DNA of 64,000 nucleotides, taken from contig JAKITS010000001.1 of NCBI GenBank assembly GCA_021648085.1, positions 260,948-324,947 of the forward strand, written 5' to 3'. The stretch is from Candidatus Magasanikiibacteriota bacterium. Lineage in GTDB: Bacteria; Patescibacteriota; Patescibacteriia; Magasanikbacterales; UBA922. Below, piece after piece: positions 1 to 8,635 of this stretch. Numbering within the stretch: the first letter of the stretch is position 1; each line of letters opens with the position of its first letter. The notes under the pieces are model-generated. The model made no database searches, had not been told where the DNA came from, and saw only the letters and a list, made by a program, of their open reading frames with translations. Made by a program: the position numbers and the translations under genes.

Positions 1-1
1 T

Positions 2-559
2 ACATCGCAAGCTCCATTTGCACAATGGGACGATAGTAGATATCAGGATGGTTGTGAAGAGGCAAGCGTGTTAATGGCTTTGAGGTGGGCAAATGATGAG
101 AATTTGAGTAAAGAACAAGCCACAAAAGAGATAGCAGAAATGTCTGCTTGGGAAATGGAACAGTGGGGTAGTTTTCATGATAGCTCTACGGCAGACACAA
201 AAAGGCTATTAACAGAATATTATAATTATCCAAATGTAGAATTATTTTATGACATTACGATAAATGATATTAAAAAATATTTGGCCGACGGAAAGGTGGT
301 TATTATTCCTTCTGACGGAAGACTTTTGAATAATCCATATTTTGTAGCTCCTGGGCCAGAGATTCATATGCTTGTAATTCGTGGGTATGATGAGAAAAAA
401 AGTGAGTTTATCACCAATGATCCTGGTACAAAGCGTGGTGAAGAGTTTAGATATTCGTATAGCACTATTATGAGCTCATTGAGAGATTACAAAACAGGAT
501 CTCACGAGACTCCGCTTGCACAAAAAATAACTGCAATTTTAGTTGTTTCAAAAAAATAA
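2..559 (+). CDS. Peptidase C39-like domain protein (BtrH/C39_2-like), 5' end outside window
   Basis: Reading frame is open from position 2; upstream in-frame residues QWDDSRYQDGCEEAS give the catalytic-Cys context typical of C39-like papain-fold peptidases. Listed ORF 68..559 is only the GTG-initiated tail. Confidence 0.55.
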   Translation, partial: TSQAPFAQWDDSRYQDGCEEASVLMALRWANDENLSKEQATKEIAEMSAWEMEQWGSFHDSSTADTKRLLTEYYNYPNVELFYDITINDIKKYLADGKVVIIPSDGRLLNNPYFVAPGPEIHMLVIRGYDEKKSEFITNDPGTKRGEEFRYSYSTIMSSLRDYKTGSHETPLAQKITAILVVSKK

Positions 560-600
560 AAGTGATATAATTTAAAAACTAAGTATTAATATATAAAACT

Positions 601-840
601 ATGAAAGTTTTGGTTTACAGTACGCCGACATGTCCTTATTGCCACAAGGCAAAAGATTACTTAAAAGAAAAAGGAGTAGAGTTTGAAGATATAAATGTGG
701 CAGAGGATAGCGAAAAAGCAGAAGAAATGCAAAAGAAATCTGGTCAGCTTGGAGTGCCAGTCTTAGATATTGGCGGAGAGATTTTGGTAGGTTTTGATAA
801 GACTCAAATTGATGAAGCTTTGGAAAAGGCAAAGAAATAG
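601..840 (+). CDS. Glutaredoxin-like protein (CPYC active site)
   Basis: 79 aa; N-terminal TPTCPYCHKAK thioredoxin-fold motif and GVPVL cis-Pro region; glutaredoxin/NrdH-like. Confidence 0.8.
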   Translation: MKVLVYSTPTCPYCHKAKDYLKEKGVEFEDINVAEDSEKAEEMQKKSGQLGVPVLDIGGEILVGFDKTQIDEALEKAKK

Positions 841-898
841 TTTTTTGTAATCAATTGAAGAGGTGTCTTTGGATGCCTTTTCTTTTATCTAAATATTT

Positions 899-1480
899 AT
901 GGCAAGAGAAGTAGTATTCGACATAGAAACCACAGGAGACATTAGGAATTTTGCAGAATTAGAGATGACCGTTATTTCTATTTGTGAAATCGAAACAGGA
1001 AAATATTCATCTTATACAAAAGAGGAGCTGACAAATTTGTGGCCAATTTTGGAAAAAGCTGAGAGGTTGATTGGTTATAACAGTGAATCTTTTGATATTC
1101 CAATTTTGAATAAATATTATGCTGGAGATTTGAAAGGTTTTCCACATTTGGATTTGTTGAAAGTTATAAAAGAATCTTGTGGAAAAAGGTATAGGCTTAA
1201 TGATATTGCAAAAGCCACATTGCAGATAGAAAAGAGCGCAGACGGATTGCAAGCTATGAAATGGTGGGATGAAGGAAAAATAGATGAGATAAAAAAATAT
1301 TGTGAACAGGATGTAAAAGTGACAAAGGAAATTTATGAGTATGGTGTAAAAAATAAAATGCTTTATTACCCAACTATTACAGGTGACATATTACCAATCG
1401 CAGTAAATTTTGAAATGCCAGTTAGTCAAACTTCTGTAGGTGGAGTGGGTAATTCTATAAATTTGACTCTTCCATTGTAA
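899..1480 (+). CDS. 3'-5' exonuclease, DEDD superfamily (RNase H-like fold)
   Basis: Exo I motif VVFDIETTG at N-terminus; later YNSESFDIPIL and YCEQDVKVT (Exo III-like YxxxD) motifs; 193 aa. Confidence 0.6.
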   Translation: MAREVVFDIETTGDIRNFAELEMTVISICEIETGKYSSYTKEELTNLWPILEKAERLIGYNSESFDIPILNKYYAGDLKGFPHLDLLKVIKESCGKRYRLNDIAKATLQIEKSADGLQAMKWWDEGKIDEIKKYCEQDVKVTKEIYEYGVKNKMLYYPTITGDILPIAVNFEMPVSQTSVGGVGNSINLTLPL

Positions 1481-1716
1481 AAATATGAAAGCAGAAAATA
1501 TAGAAAGGATAATTAAAATTATTTTTAGAGTAATGGTGGTTGTAATAGTAATTATTGGTGGAATATATATTTGGAGTCAAATGTAAACTACTTAAATAAA
1601 ATAAAAATGGTATAATAGACTTACTTAAAAAGTAAGTTTATTTGTTTGTGATAAAAAAACTAAAACAATCTAAATATTTTAAGAAACTGCAAAGTCTACA
1701 GAAAAAGTATGAGCGA

Positions 1717-2751
1717 TTTATGTTGCCGGCTTTTTTGCTTGGTGGTGTTATTATGGATGCTATTACTTTTAGGACTATTCAGCTAAATGTAGTTTTTATA
1801 ATACTTGGTGTTTATATTGTCTTGGCAGGGTTTGCGATAGCTTTTATGAATTATTACGATAGTAGTGGTTTGGAATATAGAACTATTTATTGGAGTTATC
1901 TACGGCTTTATGTGCCACTCCTTATCCAATTTACTTTTGGTGCACTGCTTAGTGCTTCACTTATATTTTATTGGTTTAGTGGGGCTTTTTCTGCGAGCTG
2001 GCCATTTGTCTTGGTTATCGCTGGGCTTATGGTGTCCAACGATATTTTTAGAAAATATTATTTGAAGCCTATTGTACAAATTGGCGTTTACTTTTTTATA
2101 CTTTTTTCAATTTCGGTTTTATTTTTATCTTTTTTATTAAATACTGTAAGCGCTTGGCCTTTTGTACTTGGTGGTTTTGTAAGTTTAGGTTTAATTTCCT
2201 TATATATTTATTTGCTTTCCAGGATTGTGCCAAGTATAAAAAGAAAGAAAGCTTATTTTGTACTTGTGATTGCAGTTATTTTTTCTGGAATGTATTTTTT
2301 GTACTTTGCAAACATAATTCCACCAATTCCACTTGCATTACGTGAAGCAGGGGTTTATCATAGTATAGAGAGAAAAGCAGGAAAATATATACTTATATCT
2401 GAAGTAGAAAACTTTTTTGATAAAATAATTCCTGGGCAAACGGTACATATAAAAGAAGGTGAAAAAGTTTATGTGTATTCTGCAATTTTTGCTCCGTCCG
2501 ATCTTGAGGCAAAGATTTATCACAGTTGGCAATATCATAATGGGAATGAGTGGATTGATAGAGATAGGGTTGGTTTTTCTATTGTTGGTGGGCGAGACAA
2601 TGGTTTTCGTGGTTATTCATTTAAGACTAATCCTAATGCTGGAAGCTGGCGAGTTTTGGTAGAAACAGAGCGCGGACAAGTTGTAGGGCGAGTTAAGTTT
2701 GAGGTTGAAAAAGTGGAAGAAAAAGTAGATTTAATAAAGGTTATAAAATAA
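1717..2751 (+). CDS. Polytopic membrane protein with C-terminal beta-rich (DUF2914-like) domain
   Basis: Multiple hydrophobic helices followed by soluble C-terminal domain (YHSWQYHNGNEW...GFRGYSF...GSWRVLVETERGQVVG). Listed ORF starts at a TTG (1642); the first ATG in frame (MLPAFLLGG) at 1717 is preferred. Confidence 0.45.
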   Translation, partial: FMLPAFLLGGVIMDAITFRTIQLNVVFIILGVYIVLAGFAIAFMNYYDSSGLEYRTIYWSYLRLYVPLLIQFTFGALLSASLIFYWFSGAFSASWPFVLVIAGLMVSNDIFRKYYLKPIVQIGVYFFILFSISVLFLSFLLNTVSAWPFVLGGFVSLGLISLYIYLLSRIVPSIKRKKAYFVLVIAVIFSGMYFLYFANIIPPIPLALREAGVYHSIERKAGKYILISEVENFFDKIIPGQTVHIKEGEKVYVYSAIFAPSDLEAKIYHSWQYHNGNEWIDRDRVGFSIVGGRDNGFRGYSFKTNPNAGSWRVLVETERGQVVGRVKFEVEKVEEKVDLIKVIK

Positions 2752-2761
2752 TAAGTATTAT

Positions 2762-3334
2762 ATGAAAAAAAGACTTATAACTTGGGGAATTATAATTGTT
2801 ACTATTTTTGCGGTTATTTGGCTTGCAAAAAGTCCTACAAATGAGGAAATAAATGAGGCTGCAGAGACTTTTCAATCTAGTCTTGTGGAGATTGGGATAG
2901 AAGAAGTTGGACAACCAATTGAAGGTTTTGATGCTTACATGCTTCTGCATGCATTTCCAGGACTTTTTGAGGCAGATTTTGGTGGTGTAAAGTCTTTGGA
3001 GGGTGTATATGAATATAAAGATGGGGAATTGCTATACAAAAGGACTGCAGGCCAGCCTGTGACTTCTGCAGAGCAAACTGTTTCAAACGAAGGTTATGAG
3101 AAATTATTGGAAAATGTAAGTGAGAGATTGGACATAAAAATAGATGGCGATAAATCAGCAAAGGAATTGGTGGAAGAGTTGTTGAAAAGAGAAGAAGCAA
3201 AAGGTGGTATTTTCTTGGATGGAAGTTTTATTACAAATTTTGAGGAATGCGCTAATGCGGGAAATTCAATCATGGAAAGTTATCCTAGGCAATGCAGGTC
3301 AGAAGATGGAAATTTGTTTGTAGAGGAAATTTAA
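2762..3334 (+). CDS. Hypothetical secreted/membrane-anchored protein
   Basis: N-terminal signal-anchor (LITWGIIIVTIFAVIWLA); no recognisable motif. Confidence 0.45.
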   Translation: MKKRLITWGIIIVTIFAVIWLAKSPTNEEINEAAETFQSSLVEIGIEEVGQPIEGFDAYMLLHAFPGLFEADFGGVKSLEGVYEYKDGELLYKRTAGQPVTSAEQTVSNEGYEKLLENVSERLDIKIDGDKSAKELVEELLKREEAKGGIFLDGSFITNFEECANAGNSIMESYPRQCRSEDGNLFVEEI

Positions 3335-3408
3335 ATAAATATTTTTAAACTAATTTTATTGTGATATACTTGACTTAATTAAAAAAAAGCTAGTATCATT
3401 TATTTAAT

Positions 3409-3735
3409 ATGAGTTTAATCAAAAAAACTAAAGATCAAATTTTAAAATTAATTTTGGGCGATTTAGTACCAAGAGAACTTTTAGAATTGCACGATTATTT
3501 CAGGCTTTATAATAATATAGCTTTTGATTTTAAGAAAGGAAAAAATGGTGAGCAAATTGCGATAAGTAATAATTTTCGTTATGGCTCTATCATAACTTCT
3601 GGAAAAAATGTAAAAGAACTAGATAAAAATATAAAAGATGCGATTCTTACTTCTTTTGGAGTTCCATCTTCATATAAAAAAGAAACTAAAGTTTATAAGG
3701 TGGGTAAACGTAGTAAGGAATATGCCCTCGCTTAG
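3409..3735 (+). CDS. Hypothetical protein; possible antitoxin partner of the downstream HicA-like gene
   Basis: 108-aa ORF whose stop overlaps by 14 nt the ATG (3722) of a HicA/YcfA-like reading frame; the overlap suggests translational coupling, as seen in toxin-antitoxin pairs. No family recognised. Confidence 0.4.
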   Translation: MSLIKKTKDQILKLILGDLVPRELLELHDYFRLYNNIAFDFKKGKNGEQIAISNNFRYGSIITSGKNVKELDKNIKDAILTSFGVPSSYKKETKVYKVGKRSKEYALA

Positions 3736-3963
3736 TGAACTACCAAAAAAAATAAAAGAAGAAAATTTATCAAGGCATTAAATCGTTTTGGTTTTATTAT
3801 AGATAAAAAAGGTGGAAATGGTAGTCATTTTAAAATTACTTGGAAAAATCAAAAATCTTTCACTATTCCAAAAAGATTAGAAAAAGATGTTTTATATTAT
3901 ATTCTTCAAGAAATTGAAAATATAAGTTGTGTAACTTGGGATCAAATAAAAAATAAATTATAA
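3722..3963 (+). pseudogene. HicA/YcfA-like mRNA-interferase toxin gene, interrupted by a 1-nt frameshift in an A8 run
   Basis: Frame 2 gives MPSLSELPKK (ATG 3722, AAGGAA RBS upstream) then a stop at 3779. Frame 1 continues, with no start codon of its own, as KFIKALNRFGFIIDKKGGNGSHFKITWKNQKSFTIPKRLEKDVLYYILQEIEN, which carries the HicA-family GSH motif. Making the A8 run (3745-3752) A9 gives one 80-aa HicA-like ORF. Confidence 0.5.
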
Positions 3964-3971
3964 AATAAAAA

Positions 3972-4003
3972 AGAGAGTTGAATATTCAACTCTCTTTTTT
4001 TTG
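3972..4003. terminator. Bidirectional rho-independent terminator
   Basis: Perfect hairpin AGAGAGTTG-AATATT-CAACTCTCT flanked by an A-run upstream and a T-run downstream; lies between convergent genes. Confidence 0.65.
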
Positions 4004-4006
4004 TTT

Positions 4007-4690
4007 CTAAAAAATTTCAAAGTGGATTTGAGAGTTTTCTATATTATTTTTAATTAGAGTTTGGCGGATTTCGGAGACCATAGCCTGATTTCCGCACATA
4101 AAGTATTTGTAGCTTGATGATGGGTGATTGAAGTAAAGTGTGACGCGTCCTTGCATACCACTCCAATTTTCACTTGGCTGAGAAAGTGTCAGCATATATG
4201 TAAAGTTTGAATATCCTTTTTCTAGATTTTCTATTTCTTCTTGCCAAATAATATTGTTTTCAGAGCGAAATCCCAAAAGTAAGTGGATTTTATTTTTATT
4301 CCCCTTATTTTTCAGTTGATCTTTAATAATGGACATTGTTGGTGCAAGTCCAGTTCCGGTTGCTACAAAAAATAGTGAATTACCACTTTCTTCCTCAGAA
4401 AATCTTCCTATAGCCCCTTTCATTTTTATAATATCTCCACTTTTTAAATTCCTTAGATATTCAGAAGCAATTCCGTCTTTTATCAATTTTACACAAAAAA
4501 GTAAAGTTCCATCATTTGGACTAGAAGCTATAGAATAAGAGCGTAAAACTTCTTTTTCTGCGGTTGGAACTATAAATTGTAAAAATTGTCCAGCATTAAA
4601 ACTAAAGTCTGTTGGCTTTTCTGTTTCTATAGAAATCGTATTTTTGGCGATTTCTTTTGTATTTATAATTTTACTCTCAAAAGTTTGCAT
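4007..4690 (-). CDS. Ferredoxin-NADP+ reductase-like FAD/NAD(P)-binding oxidoreductase
   Basis: 227 aa; RSYSIAS (R-x-Y-S FAD-binding) motif, GTGLAP NAD(P)-binding motif and C-terminal aromatic residue typical of the FNR family. Confidence 0.7.
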   Translation of the reverse strand: MQTFESKIINTKEIAKNTISIETEKPTDFSFNAGQFLQFIVPTAEKEVLRSYSIASSPNDGTLLFCVKLIKDGIASEYLRNLKSGDIIKMKGAIGRFSEEESGNSLFFVATGTGLAPTMSIIKDQLKNKGNKNKIHLLLGFRSENNIIWQEEIENLEKGYSNFTYMLTLSQPSENWSGMQGRVTLYFNHPSSSYKYFMCGNQAMVSEIRQTLIKNNIENSQIHFEIF

Positions 4691-4734
4691 ATTTGGTTGA
4701 CAAAAGTGGATTATTGTTATATCATACTAATTCA

Positions 4735-4909
4735 GTATGAGATAAGAGATTATCTTTAAACACGCTTTCGTTAGCGAAATTTCTAAATTTTGAACGAGAC
4801 GAAAAGAAAAAATCTTTGCCCTGCGTAGTATCGGAAATATTTTTTCTTGAAGTCGCAGTCAAAATTTAAAGATTTGGGTAGAAATGGTGTTTAGTGATAA
4901 TCTCTAATT
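4735..4909. promoter_or_regulatory. Divergent promoter region with two palindromic GATAA-N4-TTATC-type sites (candidate Rrf2/IscR operators)
   Basis: GATAAGAGATTATC at 4741-4754; its half-motif AGAGATTATC recurs inverted as GATAATCTCT at 4896-4905, immediately before the rrf2 start codon (4910). Confidence 0.35.
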
Positions 4910-5311
4910 ATGATAAAACTTAGCAAGGAATTAGACTATACAATTCAATTTCTAATAGCGCTGTCTCGCCAAGAAGAAAATGCGCCTCTTAGTGTTCGCA
5001 AGTTCTCTAAAAACACTACCATATCTTTCCTTTTTTTACAACGAATTGCTGGCAAATTGCGTGAAGCCGAAATTGTAAAATCTACAAAAGGTGTGAATGG
5101 AGGATATGTTTTGTTAAAACAGTTGAACGAATTGACTTTGAAAGACATATCAGAAATCATAGACGGCGAACAAAGTATTGTAGAATGTTTTAAGTATAAC
5201 AGAAATTGCAAAATGGTGGCAGAGTGCCAAACAATTAGCGTGTTTCAAAAAATAAATATAGATATTTTAAATTATTTATCTAGTGTAACTATAGACAAAT
5301 ATGTTGCCTAA
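4910..5311 (+). CDS. iscR: Rrf2 family transcriptional regulator (IscR-like)
   Basis: N-terminal HTH typical of Rrf2, and a C-x6-C-x5-C cluster (CFKYNRNCKMVAEC) like the IscR Fe-S ligands; positioned first in the Fe-S assembly operon. Confidence 0.7.
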   Translation: MIKLSKELDYTIQFLIALSRQEENAPLSVRKFSKNTTISFLFLQRIAGKLREAEIVKSTKGVNGGYVLLKQLNELTLKDISEIIDGEQSIVECFKYNRNCKMVAECQTISVFQKINIDILNYLSSVTIDKYVA

Positions 5312-6506
5312 AAAACCAAAAAATAAGCAGAATGTCTATTTGGACAATGCTGCGACAACTAGAATAGATAGAAATATTGCAAAAATAATGAATTCTTTTA
5401 TAGAGGATAATTTTGCAAACCCTTCTTCTATTTATACCGCTGGCGTAAAAGCAAAAGAAACTTTAAATGGTGCGCGTGAACTTATTGCAGAAAATCTAAA
5501 GACAAACAAAAATAATATAATTTTTACAGGAAGTGGAACAGAGTCAAATAATTTGGCGATTTTTGGAGTTGTTCGCAAGAATTTTAAAAAAGGTGAAATT
5601 ATTACAACAGAAACAGAACATCACTCAGTTTTGGAACCAATCAAAAAGTTGGAGGAAATTGGATTTAAAATAAAATATTTGCCGGTAGATGAAAATGGTT
5701 TGGTAAATGTAAAAGATTTGAAAAAAGCATTGAACAAAAATACAGCTTTGGTTTCTGTAATGTATGCAAATAATGAGATTGGAACTGTTCAACCAATTGC
5801 AGAAATTGGCAAAGCGATTTTGAGATTTAGAAAACAGAATAAAGATTCAAAAGTTATATTTCACACCGATGCTTGTCAAGCTGTAGGAGCTTTAGAATTG
5901 GCGGTAGAGCGACTGCATGTGGATTTGATGACTATGAATGGGAGTAAGATTTACGGGCCAAAAGGAGTCGGAATTTTGTATAAGAAAAAAGGTTTAGAGT
6001 TGGAACCTTTAATTTATGGTGGAAAGCAGGAAATGGGTTTGAGAGCGGGAACAGAAAATACAGCAGGAATAGTTGGAATTGCACTTGCACTAGATTCTGC
6101 AAATAAAAATAAAGAAAAAAATAATAAGAAAATTGAAAAAGTAAGAGATTATTTTTGGAAAGAAATAAAATTGAAAAGTGAAAATATAAAATTAAATGGT
6201 GTAGAATTTGGAGAAAAAAGATTAGTAAATAATTTGAATGTTTCTTTTGAAGGATTAAGTGGAGAAAGTCTGATGTTTTATTTGGATCAGTACGGAGTTA
6301 GTTGCTCAACAGGTTCAGCTTGTACTTCAGAAACAGAAGAATTGTCTCATGTTTTGAGAGTGTGTGGATACTCAAAAGAAAGAAATTTGGCAAGTGTTAG
6401 GTTTAGTCTTGGGAAAAATACGACAAAAAAAGAAATAGATTATGTGATGAAGTTTTTGCCAGGAATTGTGGAAAATTTAAGAGAAGTAGAGAAAATACAG
6501 AAATAA
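5301..6506 (+). CDS. iscS: Cysteine desulfurase, NifS/IscS type (class V aminotransferase, group I)
   Basis: 401 aa; PLP-lysine region (MTMNGSKIYGPKG) and group-I active-site loop CSTGSACTS. Confidence 0.85.
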   Translation: MLPKKPKNKQNVYLDNAATTRIDRNIAKIMNSFIEDNFANPSSIYTAGVKAKETLNGARELIAENLKTNKNNIIFTGSGTESNNLAIFGVVRKNFKKGEIITTETEHHSVLEPIKKLEEIGFKIKYLPVDENGLVNVKDLKKALNKNTALVSVMYANNEIGTVQPIAEIGKAILRFRKQNKDSKVIFHTDACQAVGALELAVERLHVDLMTMNGSKIYGPKGVGILYKKKGLELEPLIYGGKQEMGLRAGTENTAGIVGIALALDSANKNKEKNNKKIEKVRDYFWKEIKLKSENIKLNGVEFGEKRLVNNLNVSFEGLSGESLMFYLDQYGVSCSTGSACTSETEELSHVLRVCGYSKERNLASVRFSLGKNTTKKEIDYVMKFLPGIVENLREVEKIQK

Positions 6507-6508
6507 GT

Positions 6509-7927
6509 ATGAATGTAGCAGAGCAGAAAATTCTAGATGGATTGAAAAAGAACCGTGAGCTTTATGATAAAGCTGATGGTGATTTTTCTCTTTTCAAAAC
6601 AAAACCGGGAATTACACGCGGGGTGGTTTTGGAAATTTCAAAACAAAAAGATGAGCCAGAATGGATGCTAGAAAAAAGGCTGAAAGCGTATGATTTGTTT
6701 GTGAAAAAAGAAATGCCAAAATGGGGGCCAAACTTGAGTGATTTAAATTTGGATGAAATAGTTTATTATACAAAACCAGATGCAGAGGAATCTGTAAATT
6801 GGGAGGATGTGCCAGAAGAAATAAAAAAAACCTTTGATAGATTGGGAATTCCAGAAGCCGAGAAAAAATCTTTGGCCGGAGCTGGTGCACAATATGATTC
6901 TGGAATTATTTATCATAATATTCAGGAGAGTTTAAAAAAGCAGGGAGTGGTTTTTGAAAACATGGATACGGCTGTAAAAAAATATCCAGAGTTGGTGAAA
7001 AAGCATTTTATGAATCAGTGTGTTCCTATAAACGATCACAAATTTGCAATGCTTCACGCGGCTGTTTGGTCTGGTGGAACTTTTATTTATATTCCAAAAA
7101 ATGTAAAAGTGACATTGCCACTTCAGGCGTATTTTCGTATGAACGCAATGGCAGGCGGACAGTTTGAACACACTTTGATAATTGCAGACGAGGGAAGCGA
7201 GGTTCAATATATAGAAGGGTGTTCGGCTCCACGCTACGCTGTAAATTCTTTGCATGCTGGTTGTGTGGAAATTTTTGTTGGAAAAGGTGCACGCGTTCGT
7301 TATTATTCTATAGAAAACTGGTCAAAAAATACTTATAATTTAAATACAAAAAGAGCGTTGGTAGATGAAGATGGGGTGATAGAATGGATAAATGGAAATT
7401 TGGGTTCTGGTGTGACGATGCTTTATCCTTGTTCTGTTTTGCGTGGCAAAAATTCGTGCTCAGATAGTTTGGGAATTGCGTTTGCTGGAAATGGTCAAAA
7501 TCAAGATGCTGGCACAAAAGTAATTCACGCAGCAGAAAATACAAAGTCAAACATAAAAGCAAAATCAATTTCTGTGGATGGTGGAATTTCTACTTATCGT
7601 GGAATGGTTTTTGTAAATAAAAAAGCAAAAAATTCTTCTGTTTCTGTAGAATGCGATGCACTTTTGATGGGGAAAAAATCTATTTCAAATACAATTCCAA
7701 CAATGAAAATTCAAAATAAAGATGTAGATATAACACACGAAGCGCGTGCAGGAAAAATTGGCGAAGAAGAAATTTTTTATTTAATGAGTAAGGGTTTTTC
7801 TGAAGAGGAAGCTGTAAAATTGGTTGTGTCTGGTTTTATGGAACCAATTGTAAAAGCATTGCCACTTGAATATGCTTTGGAATTAAATAGATTGATTGAG
7901 TTGGAAATGGAAAATTCTGTGGGTTAG
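6509..7927 (+). CDS. sufB: Fe-S cluster assembly protein SufB
   Basis: 472 aa with the conserved SufB beta-helix core (GIIYHNI...FEHTLIIADEGSEVQYIEGCSAP...). Confidence 0.9.
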   Translation: MNVAEQKILDGLKKNRELYDKADGDFSLFKTKPGITRGVVLEISKQKDEPEWMLEKRLKAYDLFVKKEMPKWGPNLSDLNLDEIVYYTKPDAEESVNWEDVPEEIKKTFDRLGIPEAEKKSLAGAGAQYDSGIIYHNIQESLKKQGVVFENMDTAVKKYPELVKKHFMNQCVPINDHKFAMLHAAVWSGGTFIYIPKNVKVTLPLQAYFRMNAMAGGQFEHTLIIADEGSEVQYIEGCSAPRYAVNSLHAGCVEIFVGKGARVRYYSIENWSKNTYNLNTKRALVDEDGVIEWINGNLGSGVTMLYPCSVLRGKNSCSDSLGIAFAGNGQNQDAGTKVIHAAENTKSNIKAKSISVDGGISTYRGMVFVNKKAKNSSVSVECDALLMGKKSISNTIPTMKIQNKDVDITHEARAGKIGEEEIFYLMSKGFSEEEAVKLVVSGFMEPIVKALPLEYALELNRLIELEMENSVG

Positions 7928-7948
7928 GTTTTTTAGCGATAAATTATT

Positions 7949-8635
7949 ATGAACAAAACTTTAAATATAAAATCCAATAAAGAAATAAAAATAGATGTTT
8001 CTGAAATAAGGAATTTGAATATTGTGGTAGAAAAAAATGTAAAAGCACAGTGTATTTTGAATTTTGGTGGAAATTTTGACTTGAACAATAAAGTTGTTAT
8101 TAAGGCTGGTGCAGAGCTGAAAATTTACAATATTTTTAATGGTGATAGCGGTAGAGAATCGCTAAGTTTAGAGCTAATTGGTGAAGGAGCTGTTGGAGAG
8201 GTGTATAGTGTTGGAAATTTGAAAAAAAAAGATAAATTTGAGCTAAATCACAATGCATTGCACACGGCTGATAAAACTAGTTCAAATATTTATTCTGCAT
8301 TTGTGGTGGATGATAATTCACAGTTGAGTTTGAAAGAAGAAGTTTGTGTAAAGCATAATGCAGACAACTGCATAGGATCTCAAAAGGCAGAAATTTTGAT
8401 GTTGAGTGAAAATGCAAAAGTCCAAGTCGCTCCAAATTTGAAAATTGAAAACGAAAATGTAAAGTGTTCGCATGGTGTGAGTATTACAAAATTCAATGAA
8501 GAAAAAAAGTTTTATTTAAATACAAAAGGTTTGAATGAAAAACAAGTTGAAGAAATTTTGGTTTCTGGACATTTGTCAAAAGCTATAAAAAATTTGAGTG
8601 AAGAAATGCAAAATACCATATTAAAAAATATATGA
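7949..8635 (+). CDS. sufD: Fe-S cluster assembly protein SufD-like (short form)
   Basis: 228 aa beta-helix protein between sufB and sufS; C-terminal HGVSITKFNEEKKFYLNTKGL matches the SufB/SufD family C-terminal motif. Confidence 0.65.
   Translation: MNKTLNIKSNKEIKIDVSEIRNLNIVVEKNVKAQCILNFGGNFDLNNKVVIKAGAELKIYNIFNGDSGRESLSLELIGEGAVGEVYSVGNLKKKDKFELNHNALHTADKTSSNIYSAFVVDDNSQLSLKEEVCVKHNADNCIGSQKAEILMLSENAKVQVAPNLKIENENVKCSHGVSITKFNEEKKFYLNTKGLNEKQVEEILVSGHLSKAIKNLSEEMQNTILKNI

Noticed and set aside
599-832. Minus-strand ORF overlapping the glutaredoxin gene. Many other antisense ORFs sit inside larger genes (e.g. 1007-1252, 4329-4538, 6612-7568, 13230-13692, 14197-14652, 29717-30390, 41292-41666).
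   Set aside because: All lie entirely within well-supported genes on the other strand. They have low-complexity or hydrophobic translations typical of AT-rich shadow frames and have no RBS.
1495-1593. 33-aa hydrophobic micro-ORF (MKAENIERIIKIIFRVMVVVIVIIGGIYIWSQM) between the exonuclease and membrane-protein genes.
   Set aside because: Too short to support without conservation or expression evidence. It may be a real small membrane peptide but is not reported as a feature.
3745-3752. Possible programmed -1 ribosomal frameshift on the A_AAA_AAA slippery run of the HicA-like gene.
   Set aside because: I saw no downstream stimulatory structure. Two further homopolymer frameshifts in dgt make indel error or pseudogenisation the simpler explanation. 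Kept only as a remote alternative.
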